DNA of 64,000 nt from Selenomonadaceae bacterium (GTDB taxonomy: Bacteria > Bacillota > Clostridia > Oscillospirales > CAG-272), in contig CAVBUH010000050.1 of assembly GCA_963598415.1 (NCBI GenBank), forward strand, positions 14,189 to 78,188, given 5' to 3'. A program made the translations under genes and the position numbers. This document shows, one piece after another, positions 45,856-54,783 of this stretch; positions within the stretch are counted from its first letter, which is position 1, and every line of letters begins with the position of its first letter. The notes beneath the pieces are model-generated. The model did not search any database, was not told where the DNA came from, and saw only the letters and a list, made by a program, of their open reading frames with translations.

Positions 45856-45923
45856 AGCGATATTTTTCGGTATTTCGATCGTTTTCTTCGGTTGACACAC
45901 CGTAATTTATGTGATATAATTTT

Positions 45924-47822
45924 ATGATAAGCAAAATAAAGCTCGGAGGGAGTGAATTTCGCTTCATCATGAAAGATAACTTTAGAGATAAAATTGCCGA
46001 TACAGATAATTTTTGGGACATCGAAGGTATGCTCCCCGAAAAGAAGCCTTCCCACCGTTTTTCTCACGACACCTCCACGGTAGAAATAAAACTCTCCGGT
46101 GAGGATGATACCGAGCGAGGACAGATAATTCCTCTCGATAACAGACATCCCGGCGGAACGTTCACCGCTTCCGAAAAACAGCAAGAAATCGCGCTTGCCG
46201 TGGCGAGAAAAGCGCTCAGGGACGCAGAGATAAAAATCAAAACCGTTTCGGCCGCCGCGTCACAAGACAAAAAAAGCGCTTATGAAGAATGGAAACGTAC
46301 TGTCGAACAGGAAGAAAAAAGCGATCGTTTATTTTCCCGAGAAGAATACGAAAAAAGCCCTTTATATACCGATGAACCGCTCTTTGAATATTCATCTGAA
46401 CATAACCCGCTTATCAAAAAGATCACCATCAAAAAATGGCCTGCACGGTATACTTTTTACGAACGCTTTCGTGCGGACGCTTTAAAATATTATCAAAAAA
46501 ATCCCGTTCCCTGTTCTCATGTCCCGTTTTTTTCCTATACGCCGCAATACTCCCAGCTTTCCGCCGGACAGCTTGAATACTACCTATATTGGAGAAGCTT
46601 GGTAAGAAACGGAAATTATCCTACCGCTGATTATGCCTATATTCTGCTCTATATCTACGAAATCATCAATCTTCCCGACGTTATTTCTCCCACCGAAGGA
46701 GCAAGGCAGCTCTGCCTTGTATGGCGGGAATACCGAAAAAAATATCCAAAGCTGGATAAAATCATACCGGAGTGGCTCTGCGATTACTGTCTCATCGGCA
46801 AAATTGATCCTCCGTCGGAGCTTTATCGGGATTTCATTGATCCTGCGGCGGGAAGCCTGTTTTTACGGGAATACTACGCCGGATATGATTCTTCTTCGCC
46901 TTCCCCCTATGCTTCCGCTCTTTTCGCCTGCGGTTCCGATTATAATTACAGAAGCAGCAAATTTATAACGTCGGAAAACCGTGAGCTTTTTGACAAACAC
47001 ATAAGAGGCGCATTTATCTATGCCTTCGGCAAAGCAGAAAAAGAAAATCGGACAATATTCGCACCGGTCGGCAGAAGCTCCATGATGAGCGTCAGCATAA
47101 CCAGAGACGCCTTTTCAGGAGCGGTATGCGCTTACAATGTGAAGCGGAGAATAGAGCTTGAGTACCTCTCCTGCTCAAGATCGGTTGAACTGCGATTTGC
47201 TGTCACCGATATGATAAAATATGCAGAAAATAACGTCCGTTCCATGCTGGGCATACGAAGCCGGTTTCATACACCGAATCTCGCCATGCCATTGAGAAGA
47301 GCGGCTGACGAATATTTTGCTTCTTTTAAGAAGAATATGAAAAAAGCGGACGCCGAGCCGCGCCCCGAATACGAGAAGCTATATGAGGCGAGTAAAAGTG
47401 AACTTTCCCTTGATTATGCCAAGAGCCTTGAGGAAAAATCCTGGGAGACAACAAGCCTGTTGGTAAGCGATTCCGTTGATTGCGATGAAGCGAATATCCG
47501 GCAAGAGCTTTCCGCGGAAAGCAGGATAAATCCGGTGAATAAAATCTCAAATCATGTTTTTCCGCCGGAGAAGCCGCCACAGCCGTCCGGAGCTTCGGAA
47601 AACGAATTCATTAAAACTGCGCTTGAGGCGCTTATGAATCAGAATATGAACCGCTTTTCCGAAATTGCCAAAGGTCGGAATCTGCTTCCCGATACGCTCT
47701 GTGAAATCATTAACGACACGCTTTATGATGAATTTGGAGATACCGTTGTGTATTCCGAGGGAAACCGATTTGAGATCATTTCCGATTATACGGAGGATAT
47801 AAAAGAATGGATGAAAAAATAA
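45924..47822 (+). CDS. TerB-N / TerB-C domain-containing protein
   Basis: 632 aa. The central motif ..FFSYTPQYSQLSAGQLEYYLYWRSLVRNGNYPTADYAYILLYIYEIINL.. is TerB-N-like. The C-terminal ..LLPDTLCEIINDTLYDEFGDTVVYSEGNRFEIISDYTEDIKEW is TerB-C-like. The start codon is uncertain. Confidence 0.7.
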   Translation: MISKIKLGGSEFRFIMKDNFRDKIADTDNFWDIEGMLPEKKPSHRFSHDTSTVEIKLSGEDDTERGQIIPLDNRHPGGTFTASEKQQEIALAVARKALRDAEIKIKTVSAAASQDKKSAYEEWKRTVEQEEKSDRLFSREEYEKSPLYTDEPLFEYSSEHNPLIKKITIKKWPARYTFYERFRADALKYYQKNPVPCSHVPFFSYTPQYSQLSAGQLEYYLYWRSLVRNGNYPTADYAYILLYIYEIINLPDVISPTEGARQLCLVWREYRKKYPKLDKIIPEWLCDYCLIGKIDPPSELYRDFIDPAAGSLFLREYYAGYDSSSPSPYASALFACGSDYNYRSSKFITSENRELFDKHIRGAFIYAFGKAEKENRTIFAPVGRSSMMSVSITRDAFSGAVCAYNVKRRIELEYLSCSRSVELRFAVTDMIKYAENNVRSMLGIRSRFHTPNLAMPLRRAADEYFASFKKNMKKADAEPRPEYEKLYEASKSELSLDYAKSLEEKSWETTSLLVSDSVDCDEANIRQELSAESRINPVNKISNHVFPPEKPPQPSGASENEFIKTALEALMNQNMNRFSEIAKGRNLLPDTLCEIINDTLYDEFGDTVVYSEGNRFEIISDYTEDIKEWMKK

Positions 47823-49132
47823 CCGTACCGAAAAGAATTTTAGCGTCCTTAATAAGTTCTGTCTCGGCAGGAGTCGTACCGAGACTCGGAGCGCCCTATA
47901 TTGCGATCGGCAGAAAGGAAGAGATTGCTGCTCTTCTCTCTGATCTTGAGGCTGTCAGCGACGGCGGCGCGGCAATGCGCTTTATTATCGGTAATTACGG
48001 AAGCGGAAAGAGCTTCCTAATACAACTTTTGCGTGGATATGCTATCGAAAGAGGCTTCATTTGTGCCGACTGCGACCTTTCCCCCGAAAGAAGAATCTGC
48101 GGCGGAAAAGGAACCGGAATCGCTACTTATCGGGAGCTTATCAGAAATATGTCGTCCAAATCCTCTCCTGAGGGAGGCGCCTTGCAGCAAATCATTTCAA
48201 GATGGCTTTCCTCTGTTCAGGGGGAAACAGCGGCATCGGGAATACTGCCCGATTCCCCCGATTTCGGAAAAGAAGTTTCAAAACGGGTATTCTCCCTTTC
48301 AAAGGAACTCGAAAACAATGTCGGAGGATTTGATTTTGCATCGGTTATCAATGCATACTACCGCGCAACGGTTTCCGAGGATGAGGAAGCCCAAAGTCAG
48401 TGTCTGCGCTGGCTTCGCGGAGAATATACAACCAAAACAGAGGCAAAAAGCGCGCTTGCGGTAGGCTCAATCATAGATGACGATAATTGGTATGACTTTA
48501 TAAAATTATGGGCGGAGTTTGTAAGAAAAATCGGATACAAGGGATTTGTCGTATTCATCGACGAATGTGTAAACCTATACAAAATAACCAATCGTATCAG
48601 CCGCGAAAACAATTATGAAAAAATTCTGTCTATGTTTAACGATACCCTTCAGGGACGCGCTCCGGGACTTTCCGTTATTTGGGGCGGGACGCCGCAATTT
48701 CTGGAGGATACAAGGCGAGGACTCTTCAGCTATGAAGCATTGAGGTCTCGACTTATCGACAGCCGTTTTGCCAATAACGGCGAATACCGAAATTTGCTCG
48801 GTCCGGTGATACGGTTAAGAAGACTCTCGGACAATGAGCTGTTTGCACTGATTTCAAGAGTAACAAAACTACACGGTATGTATTTCGGCTGGGAACCGCG
48901 GGTAAGCGAAAATGAAATGGCTGATTTTTTGCGCGAATGTCTGAAACGCGCAGGCGCTGACATCATGATAACGCCGCGTGAAATCATCAGAGACTATATG
49001 TCGGTTCTAAATATTCTTTTTCAGAATCCCGACGCGGAGTTCACTTCCATTGTAGGAAAAAGCTTGACGCTTGAAAATGAAGATAAAAAAACCGATTCAA
49101 GCGAATTCTCTCTCGAGGACATTGAGCTGTAA
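47807..49132 (+). CDS. DUF2791 / BrxD-like P-loop ATPase
   Basis: 441 aa. Walker A GNYGSGKS (47990-48013), Walker B VVFIDE (about 48545-48565). Overlaps the upstream gene by 16 nt. Confidence 0.75.
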   Translation: MDEKITVPKRILASLISSVSAGVVPRLGAPYIAIGRKEEIAALLSDLEAVSDGGAAMRFIIGNYGSGKSFLIQLLRGYAIERGFICADCDLSPERRICGGKGTGIATYRELIRNMSSKSSPEGGALQQIISRWLSSVQGETAASGILPDSPDFGKEVSKRVFSLSKELENNVGGFDFASVINAYYRATVSEDEEAQSQCLRWLRGEYTTKTEAKSALAVGSIIDDDNWYDFIKLWAEFVRKIGYKGFVVFIDECVNLYKITNRISRENNYEKILSMFNDTLQGRAPGLSVIWGGTPQFLEDTRRGLFSYEALRSRLIDSRFANNGEYRNLLGPVIRLRRLSDNELFALISRVTKLHGMYFGWEPRVSENEMADFLRECLKRAGADIMITPREIIRDYMSVLNILFQNPDAEFTSIVGKSLTLENEDKKTDSSEFSLEDIEL

Positions 49133-49187
49133 CAAAAATTTTCTCCTGTCGCCTTGAAAAATCCATACAAAATAGAAGGACCGACAC

Positions 49188-50318
49188 ATGAAGCTTCGTT
49201 ATCTTGCATTTCTCCTTGCCGCATCGGCAATCCTGCTCCTTGCCTCCGGCGCTTCGCGGGAACGCATCTCTTTATCGCCTCATCCGTTATCAAGCAGTGA
49301 AAATACCCCCTCTCCAATTGTTCCTGACAACGATCAGCCGAATACCATGCTGTCGCTTGAAACACTGCCGCCCGAAACCACGGAAAAGCCGGAACCGGAA
49401 ATCAACACCATAACCATTTCCTTTTTGGGAGACTGTATGCTCGCTACCTATAAAGGAGGCAGAGGTGCCGGCAGCTTCAATCTTTATGCCGAAACAGCAG
49501 AGCCTTCTCACTTTTTTGCCGGCGTTTATGATATTCTTTCGTCTGACGATTTCACCGTAGCAAACTGTGAAAATGTCTTCACCGATCAAAACCTGCCCGA
49601 AACGCCAAAGGATTACTCCCCTGCTTATTGGTACAGAAGTCCGAAAAAGAACGCTGCTATTTTTACTGCCGGAAGTATTGACATCATCTCTCTTGCAAAC
49701 AACCACACAAACGATTACGGTAAAACCGGCATGGCGGATACCATCTCAGCGCTGGAAGCCGAAAATCTTATATGGGGAAACACCGGGAATCCGGTAATCA
49801 TCGAAAAATACGGCCTGAAAATTGCCATTATGATGGTAGGTATGTGGGGAGAGTACCGCACTGCGGCTTTGTCAAATCAAATAGCTGCGCTTGAGAAAGA
49901 AACCGACTATCAGATCATCTATTATCACGGAGGAACGGAAAGAAAATATAAACCCGACGAATGGAGAGTCAGAGCCTCAAGAAAGCTTGTTGACAATGGG
50001 GCCGACCTTGTGATCGGAAATCATCCTCATGTTCTACAGCCGATGGAAACCTATAACGGGGCGGACATCCTCTATTCGCTCGGAAACTTTATCTTCGGAG
50101 GATCCGTCAAGGATGATCGGTTCACGGTTATATATCAAAAAATCCTTACCGTGTGCGAGGGTGAAATCATCGCAGAGGATTATCGTTTGATCCCCGTATA
50201 TGAGTACGAGGGAGCCAAAAATATACTCTGGCAGCCTGTCCCGATGACGGAGGGAAGCGATGACTATAACTCCGTAATCGCTTTTATGCACGGAAAAGCA
50301 GAAACCCCAAGAGGTTGA
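49188..50318 (+). CDS. CapA family protein (PGA_cap metallophosphatase-like), secreted
   Basis: Signal peptide, then ..ISFLGDCML.., ..SLANNHTNDYG.., ..YHGGTE.., ..GNHPHVLQP.. motifs. Confidence 0.8.
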   Translation: MKLRYLAFLLAASAILLLASGASRERISLSPHPLSSSENTPSPIVPDNDQPNTMLSLETLPPETTEKPEPEINTITISFLGDCMLATYKGGRGAGSFNLYAETAEPSHFFAGVYDILSSDDFTVANCENVFTDQNLPETPKDYSPAYWYRSPKKNAAIFTAGSIDIISLANNHTNDYGKTGMADTISALEAENLIWGNTGNPVIIEKYGLKIAIMMVGMWGEYRTAALSNQIAALEKETDYQIIYYHGGTERKYKPDEWRVRASRKLVDNGADLVIGNHPHVLQPMETYNGADILYSLGNFIFGGSVKDDRFTVIYQKILTVCEGEIIAEDYRLIPVYEYEGAKNILWQPVPMTEGSDDYNSVIAFMHGKAETPRG

Positions 50319-50327
50319 AAAGCTGTC

Positions 50328-50729
50328 TCAGCGAAAAATCATGATTACCCCCGCCACTATCACTACCGCGGCAAAAATTCTTTTTAAAAGCTTTGAGGGA
50401 AGCTTGTCGAGCAGCAACGCGCCTATCCCTCCGCCGGCAAGAGCGGGAATAAAATATTGAAAGGAACCGGTCAACGGAACAGTCCCCCTGATAAAGTAGA
50501 TAACCGCCGATACCAAAGAAAAAACAAGGGTGACTATAGCGGTTTCGGCAAAAAGATCTCTTGTATCCTGTTTTTCCTTTTTATTCATCAACAAGGCTCC
50601 GAACATAAGAATAATGCCGCCTCCGGTTCCGAGAAAACCGTTTACAAATCCGGCGGCGCAGCCGAGAGGAATAAGCGGAGAGTTCTGCCGGAAAACAGTT
50701 CTTATTGCCTCAAATTTTTTCTTTTTCAC
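50328..50729 (-). CDS. TauE/SafE (TSUP) family membrane protein, half-size
   Basis: 133 aa with 4 TM segments and motif GFLGTGGGIIL. A full-length TSUP protein is about twice this size. Confidence 0.65.
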   Translation of the reverse strand: MKKKKFEAIRTVFRQNSPLIPLGCAAGFVNGFLGTGGGIILMFGALLMNKKEKQDTRDLFAETAIVTLVFSLVSAVIYFIRGTVPLTGSFQYFIPALAGGGIGALLLDKLPSKLLKRIFAAVVIVAGVIMIFR

Positions 50730-50845
50730 AAAATACCTCGTCTGTATTGTAATTTTATTCTGATTCTGCTATTATATTTATAGCAAGCAGCCGTTATGCG
50801 GCTTCATATATTTCCGTTTTTCGGAGGAAAAGGTAGGTTTTTTCA

Positions 50846-51673
50846 TTGTCAATATTATCTGCTGTTTTATATGGAATCATTCAGGGACTGACCGAGTTTT
50901 TGCCGGTATCAAGCTCCGGGCATCTTGCCCTCGCGCAAGGGATTTTCGAAGGTGAAAATCTTGAGACCGATTATTTTACTTTTTCCATACTTCTTCACTT
51001 AGCTACGCTTATCGCTGTACTTGTCGTATACAGAAAAGATATCTTTCCTCTTATACCCGCCTTTTTCAGAATAATCGGAAAGCTTTTCAAAGGTAAATTT
51101 CATCTTTCGGATTATGATGAACATGAAAAAATGGTAGTTTATATCATCATCGCCACCCTTCCCCTTGCCGCGGCGGTGTTTATCAATGATTATGTCGAGG
51201 CACTTTCTTCCTATGTAAAAATCGTCGGAGCGATACTGATTTTCAACGGCGTCGTATTATTTCTTTCCGATATGATCTCCAAAGGAAACAAAGAGCTTTC
51301 CGATATGAAGCCGAGAAATGCGCTTACCGTCGGACTTTGTCAGCTTCTTGCCGTATTTCCCGGTCTCTCACGCTCTGGGTCTACCATAACCGGCGGAAGA
51401 CTCTGTGGTTTTTCCCGCGAATTTGCCGTGAAATTTTCTTTTATTCTTTCAGTACCTGCCATCATCGGAGCAAATATATTCAAGCTTCCCGACATAATGA
51501 ACAATCCCGTTCCTTCCTCCGATATCCCCGCTTATGCCTGCGGTATGGCGGCGGCGGCAATCACCGGCGTTATTGCCATGAGGCTGCTGTCATATATATC
51601 AAAAAAATCTAATTTCAGGATTTTCTCCTACTATTGCGTCATAGTTGGAATTCTCGCCGTTATCTTCGGATAA
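50846..51673 (+). CDS. uppP: undecaprenyl-diphosphate phosphatase
   Basis: TTG start. ..GIIQGLTEFLPVSSSGHL.. and ..PGLSRSGSTI.. BacA motifs. Confidence 0.92.
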   Translation: MSILSAVLYGIIQGLTEFLPVSSSGHLALAQGIFEGENLETDYFTFSILLHLATLIAVLVVYRKDIFPLIPAFFRIIGKLFKGKFHLSDYDEHEKMVVYIIIATLPLAAAVFINDYVEALSSYVKIVGAILIFNGVVLFLSDMISKGNKELSDMKPRNALTVGLCQLLAVFPGLSRSGSTITGGRLCGFSREFAVKFSFILSVPAIIGANIFKLPDIMNNPVPSSDIPAYACGMAAAAITGVIAMRLLSYISKKSNFRIFSYYCVIVGILAVIFG

Positions 51674-51705
51674 TCGTTAATAAGTTGAAAGGAAAGATTA
51701 TATAA

Positions 51706-54381
51706 ATGCCTGACAGCAAAAAAAAGAAATCGTCACAATCTCAAAGGACTGTAAAAAAAACTTCCGCTAAAACAAAAGGAACTGATACTGTAAAAAAAGC
51801 GACAAAAAGCGACTCTTCCGTACCCGAAAGAAAAAAGCTGTCTCCGGATTCAAAAATTCATCAGGTTGTTCCGTATATTCTCGGCGCCGCCGCACTCTTC
51901 GTACTGGTCTGCTTTATCTCCGAAGGGCTGACGGGAATTGTCGGAGAAGGTCTGCGCATCCTGTTTTACGGGCTTTCGGGAGGAACCGCATTTGCAATCC
52001 CGCCGCTTCTCGCTATTCTCGCGTTTTTCTGGCAAAAAGAGGTTAAAAACGGAACTCTCAAATATCTCGTTATTTATCAGGTATTGTTTTTCATTTTTCT
52101 GTCCGCCATGATTCATCTGTGGACAGGAGGAAGCCATAATTTCAGCATTCCTTTATTTTGGGAAAACGGCGAAGAGCTTACCGGAGGAGGCCTTGTCGGA
52201 GGCATCGTCAGCTGGACGCTTTACAAGCTTACCGGTACGGTAGGAGCACATATAATCGGTATCTCGGCAATTACCGTGTTCGGTCTGTTTATGTTTGGTC
52301 TTACTCCCTACTCCATTTATATATATATTGCATATTGTATCCATGAAAAGCGCGAACAGCGTCAGGCAGACGAACCGGCACTGAAGCAAAGATTCCGGAT
52401 TAACAAGCCCGTGCGGCAAACGGAGGAGGAAACATATCCCGTTGTAAAACGCGATCCGATAGACCGGCATCGCTTTATCCCCGACGTTGAAGTAGGAGAA
52501 GATATCGAAAATACAGACAAAAAAGCCGATAACCCGGAAAACAGCGCCGAAACCGAAACGGCAGACGACGAAATTCCTCCGTTTGATATTCCCGATGGCA
52601 AAACAGAAACCGTAAAAGCCTTTACTTCAACCGCAAAAATCACAAAGCGCCCCGATACCGTTCTCCCCGTTTCGCAAGGCGAATCGGAAAAAACCGACTT
52701 GAACAGTATATTTACAGATCCAGACGGAATAGATGTATTGCAGCGCTTTGCGGAAGAACAGAAGGCAAAGGCGCTCCGAAAAACCTCCCCTGAAGCTGAC
52801 GTTCTATCCGACGGAAGCGAGGCTGAGCTTGAAATATCCCGCGCTCCCGCCGCTCCGGAGGAACAGAAAAAAACAGATCCTATTAAGAAAGAATATCTGT
52901 ATCCTCCGATTTCTTTGCTTAAGCTCGATACAACCCCGAAAAATATAGATATAAGCGAGGAGCTTCATACCAACGCCGTAAAGCTTGTCGAAACGCTCCG
53001 CAGCTTTAAGGTTCGCACACGGATTGTCAATGTATCAAGAGGTCCCGCCATAACCAGATATGAGCTTGCTCCGGAAGAAGGCGTAAGAGTTCGCGCCATT
53101 GCCAACCTTGTAGACGATATTGCACTGAATCTCGCTACAACGGGAGTCAGAATTGAGGCCCCGATTCCCGGCAAAGCCGCCGTAGGGATAGAGGTTCCGA
53201 ACAAGTCCGTCTCTACCGTGTATTTACGGGAGCTTGTAGACACCGAAACCTTCCGCCGCGCGTCAAGCAAGCTCAATGTTTCACTCGGTGTAGATGTTGC
53301 CGGAGAGCCTGTTTTCCTTGACATCGCCAAGATGCCGCATCTGCTCATCGCCGGAGCCACAGGTATGGGTAAGTCGGTATGTATCAACAGCATTATTACA
53401 AGCCTGCTCTATAAAGCCTCTCCGGAAGAAGTAAAGCTTATCCTTATTGATCCGAAAAAGGTCGAACTCAATATTTACAACGGGCTTCCGCATCTTCTCG
53501 TCCCTGTCGTCAGCGATCCGAAAAAGGCAGCAGGCTCCCTGCACTGGGCAGTAACCGAAATGGAACGCCGTTTTGAAATGATTGAGGAGGTAGGTGTCCG
53601 GGATGTAAAAAACTATAACGCCGTAACAAAGGATGATCCCGACAAAGAATTTCTTCCGCAGATCGTGATCATTATCGACGAGCTTGCCGATCTTATGATG
53701 ACCGCTCCCGACGATGTAGAGGAGTCGATATGCCGGCTTGCTCAAAAAGCGCGTGCCGCCGGCATGCACCTTATCATCGGAACTCAGCGTCCTTCGGTAG
53801 ACGTCATCACCGGTCTTATCAAGGCAAATGTTCCGTCGCGTATCGCGTTTACCGTTGCTTCGCAGACCGACTCCCGCGTTGTACTTGATATGTCAGGCGC
53901 CGAAAAACTTATCGGGCGCGGAGATATGCTCTATGCTCCCGTCGGCGCTTCAAAGCCTGTCAGAGTCCAGGGCGCATTTGTGAGCGAGAGCGAGGTCGAA
54001 AACATCGTAACCTTTATAAAAGAGCATGACGGCGGTCAAGCCGAATATAGCTCGGATATTATGGATAGTATCGAACGCGCCGCTGCTGCCTGCGGAAACG
54101 GAAAGAAGGGCGGCGGAGCCGTCCCGGAGGGCGATATTGACGACGGAGGAGATTCTATGCTCCGTCCGGCAATCGAGCTTGCTCTTGAAAGCGGCAAAAT
54201 ATCAACCTCCTTGATTCAGCGCCGCCTGTCTCTCGGATACGGTCGTGCGGCAAAGCTTATTGATGAAATGGAAAAGCGCGGAATTGTCAGCGCCCCGGAA
54301 GGGCAGAAGCCGAGGACAGTGCTGATTACCAAACAGCAATACATGGAAATGGTACTGAACAGAAAAGAGGATTTGGAGTAA
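51706..54381 (+). CDS. ftsK: DNA translocase FtsK/SpoIIIE
   Basis: N-terminal TM domain, acidic linker, motor domain (Walker A GATGMGKS, Walker B IIIDELADL), and C-terminal gamma wHTH (..LIQRRLSLGYGRAAKLIDEME..). Confidence 0.93.
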   Translation: MPDSKKKKSSQSQRTVKKTSAKTKGTDTVKKATKSDSSVPERKKLSPDSKIHQVVPYILGAAALFVLVCFISEGLTGIVGEGLRILFYGLSGGTAFAIPPLLAILAFFWQKEVKNGTLKYLVIYQVLFFIFLSAMIHLWTGGSHNFSIPLFWENGEELTGGGLVGGIVSWTLYKLTGTVGAHIIGISAITVFGLFMFGLTPYSIYIYIAYCIHEKREQRQADEPALKQRFRINKPVRQTEEETYPVVKRDPIDRHRFIPDVEVGEDIENTDKKADNPENSAETETADDEIPPFDIPDGKTETVKAFTSTAKITKRPDTVLPVSQGESEKTDLNSIFTDPDGIDVLQRFAEEQKAKALRKTSPEADVLSDGSEAELEISRAPAAPEEQKKTDPIKKEYLYPPISLLKLDTTPKNIDISEELHTNAVKLVETLRSFKVRTRIVNVSRGPAITRYELAPEEGVRVRAIANLVDDIALNLATTGVRIEAPIPGKAAVGIEVPNKSVSTVYLRELVDTETFRRASSKLNVSLGVDVAGEPVFLDIAKMPHLLIAGATGMGKSVCINSIITSLLYKASPEEVKLILIDPKKVELNIYNGLPHLLVPVVSDPKKAAGSLHWAVTEMERRFEMIEEVGVRDVKNYNAVTKDDPDKEFLPQIVIIIDELADLMMTAPDDVEESICRLAQKARAAGMHLIIGTQRPSVDVITGLIKANVPSRIAFTVASQTDSRVVLDMSGAEKLIGRGDMLYAPVGASKPVRVQGAFVSESEVENIVTFIKEHDGGQAEYSSDIMDSIERAAAACGNGKKGGGAVPEGDIDDGGDSMLRPAIELALESGKISTSLIQRRLSLGYGRAAKLIDEMEKRGIVSAPEGQKPRTVLITKQQYMEMVLNRKEDLE

Positions 54382-54678
54382 AGCTATCATTTTCGGTTTT
54401 TTATCTGTTATTTCGAATTTTTCCGTGAATCCAAAATTTTCTATGCTTTTCCCGGCATAATCATAGAAATATCATAATCCGCCGAAGCGTTCTTTTTACC
54501 CATGAAAAGTGCCGTTATTCTCTGTATTCGATAAAAAAGATGCCCATTACATTAAGAAACCTTTTAACCAATCCGTTAAAGCTAACATATCCTGTCAGCA
54601 GAAGGAGAAATTCCGGAGCGCGCAGGAATAAAATTCGTTCTTACACTATATCGCTTCGGAAATATAATATCCCAAGCT

Positions 54679-54783
54679 ATGCTCTACACTTTATTTGAAA
54701 TAATCATCTCCGCCCTTGCCGTATACGGCGGCTATAAGCTGCTTCACGACATTTTCGGAATGAGAAGGAAACATAAAAGATGA
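54679..54783 (+). CDS. possible 34-aa membrane peptide overlapping the recD2 start
   Basis: MLYTLFEIIISALAVYGGYKLLHDIFGMRRKHKR: one TM helix plus a basic tail. Its TGA overlaps the recD2 ATG (ATGA at 54780-54783). No clear SD. Confidence 0.3.
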   Translation: MLYTLFEIIISALAVYGGYKLLHDIFGMRRKHKR

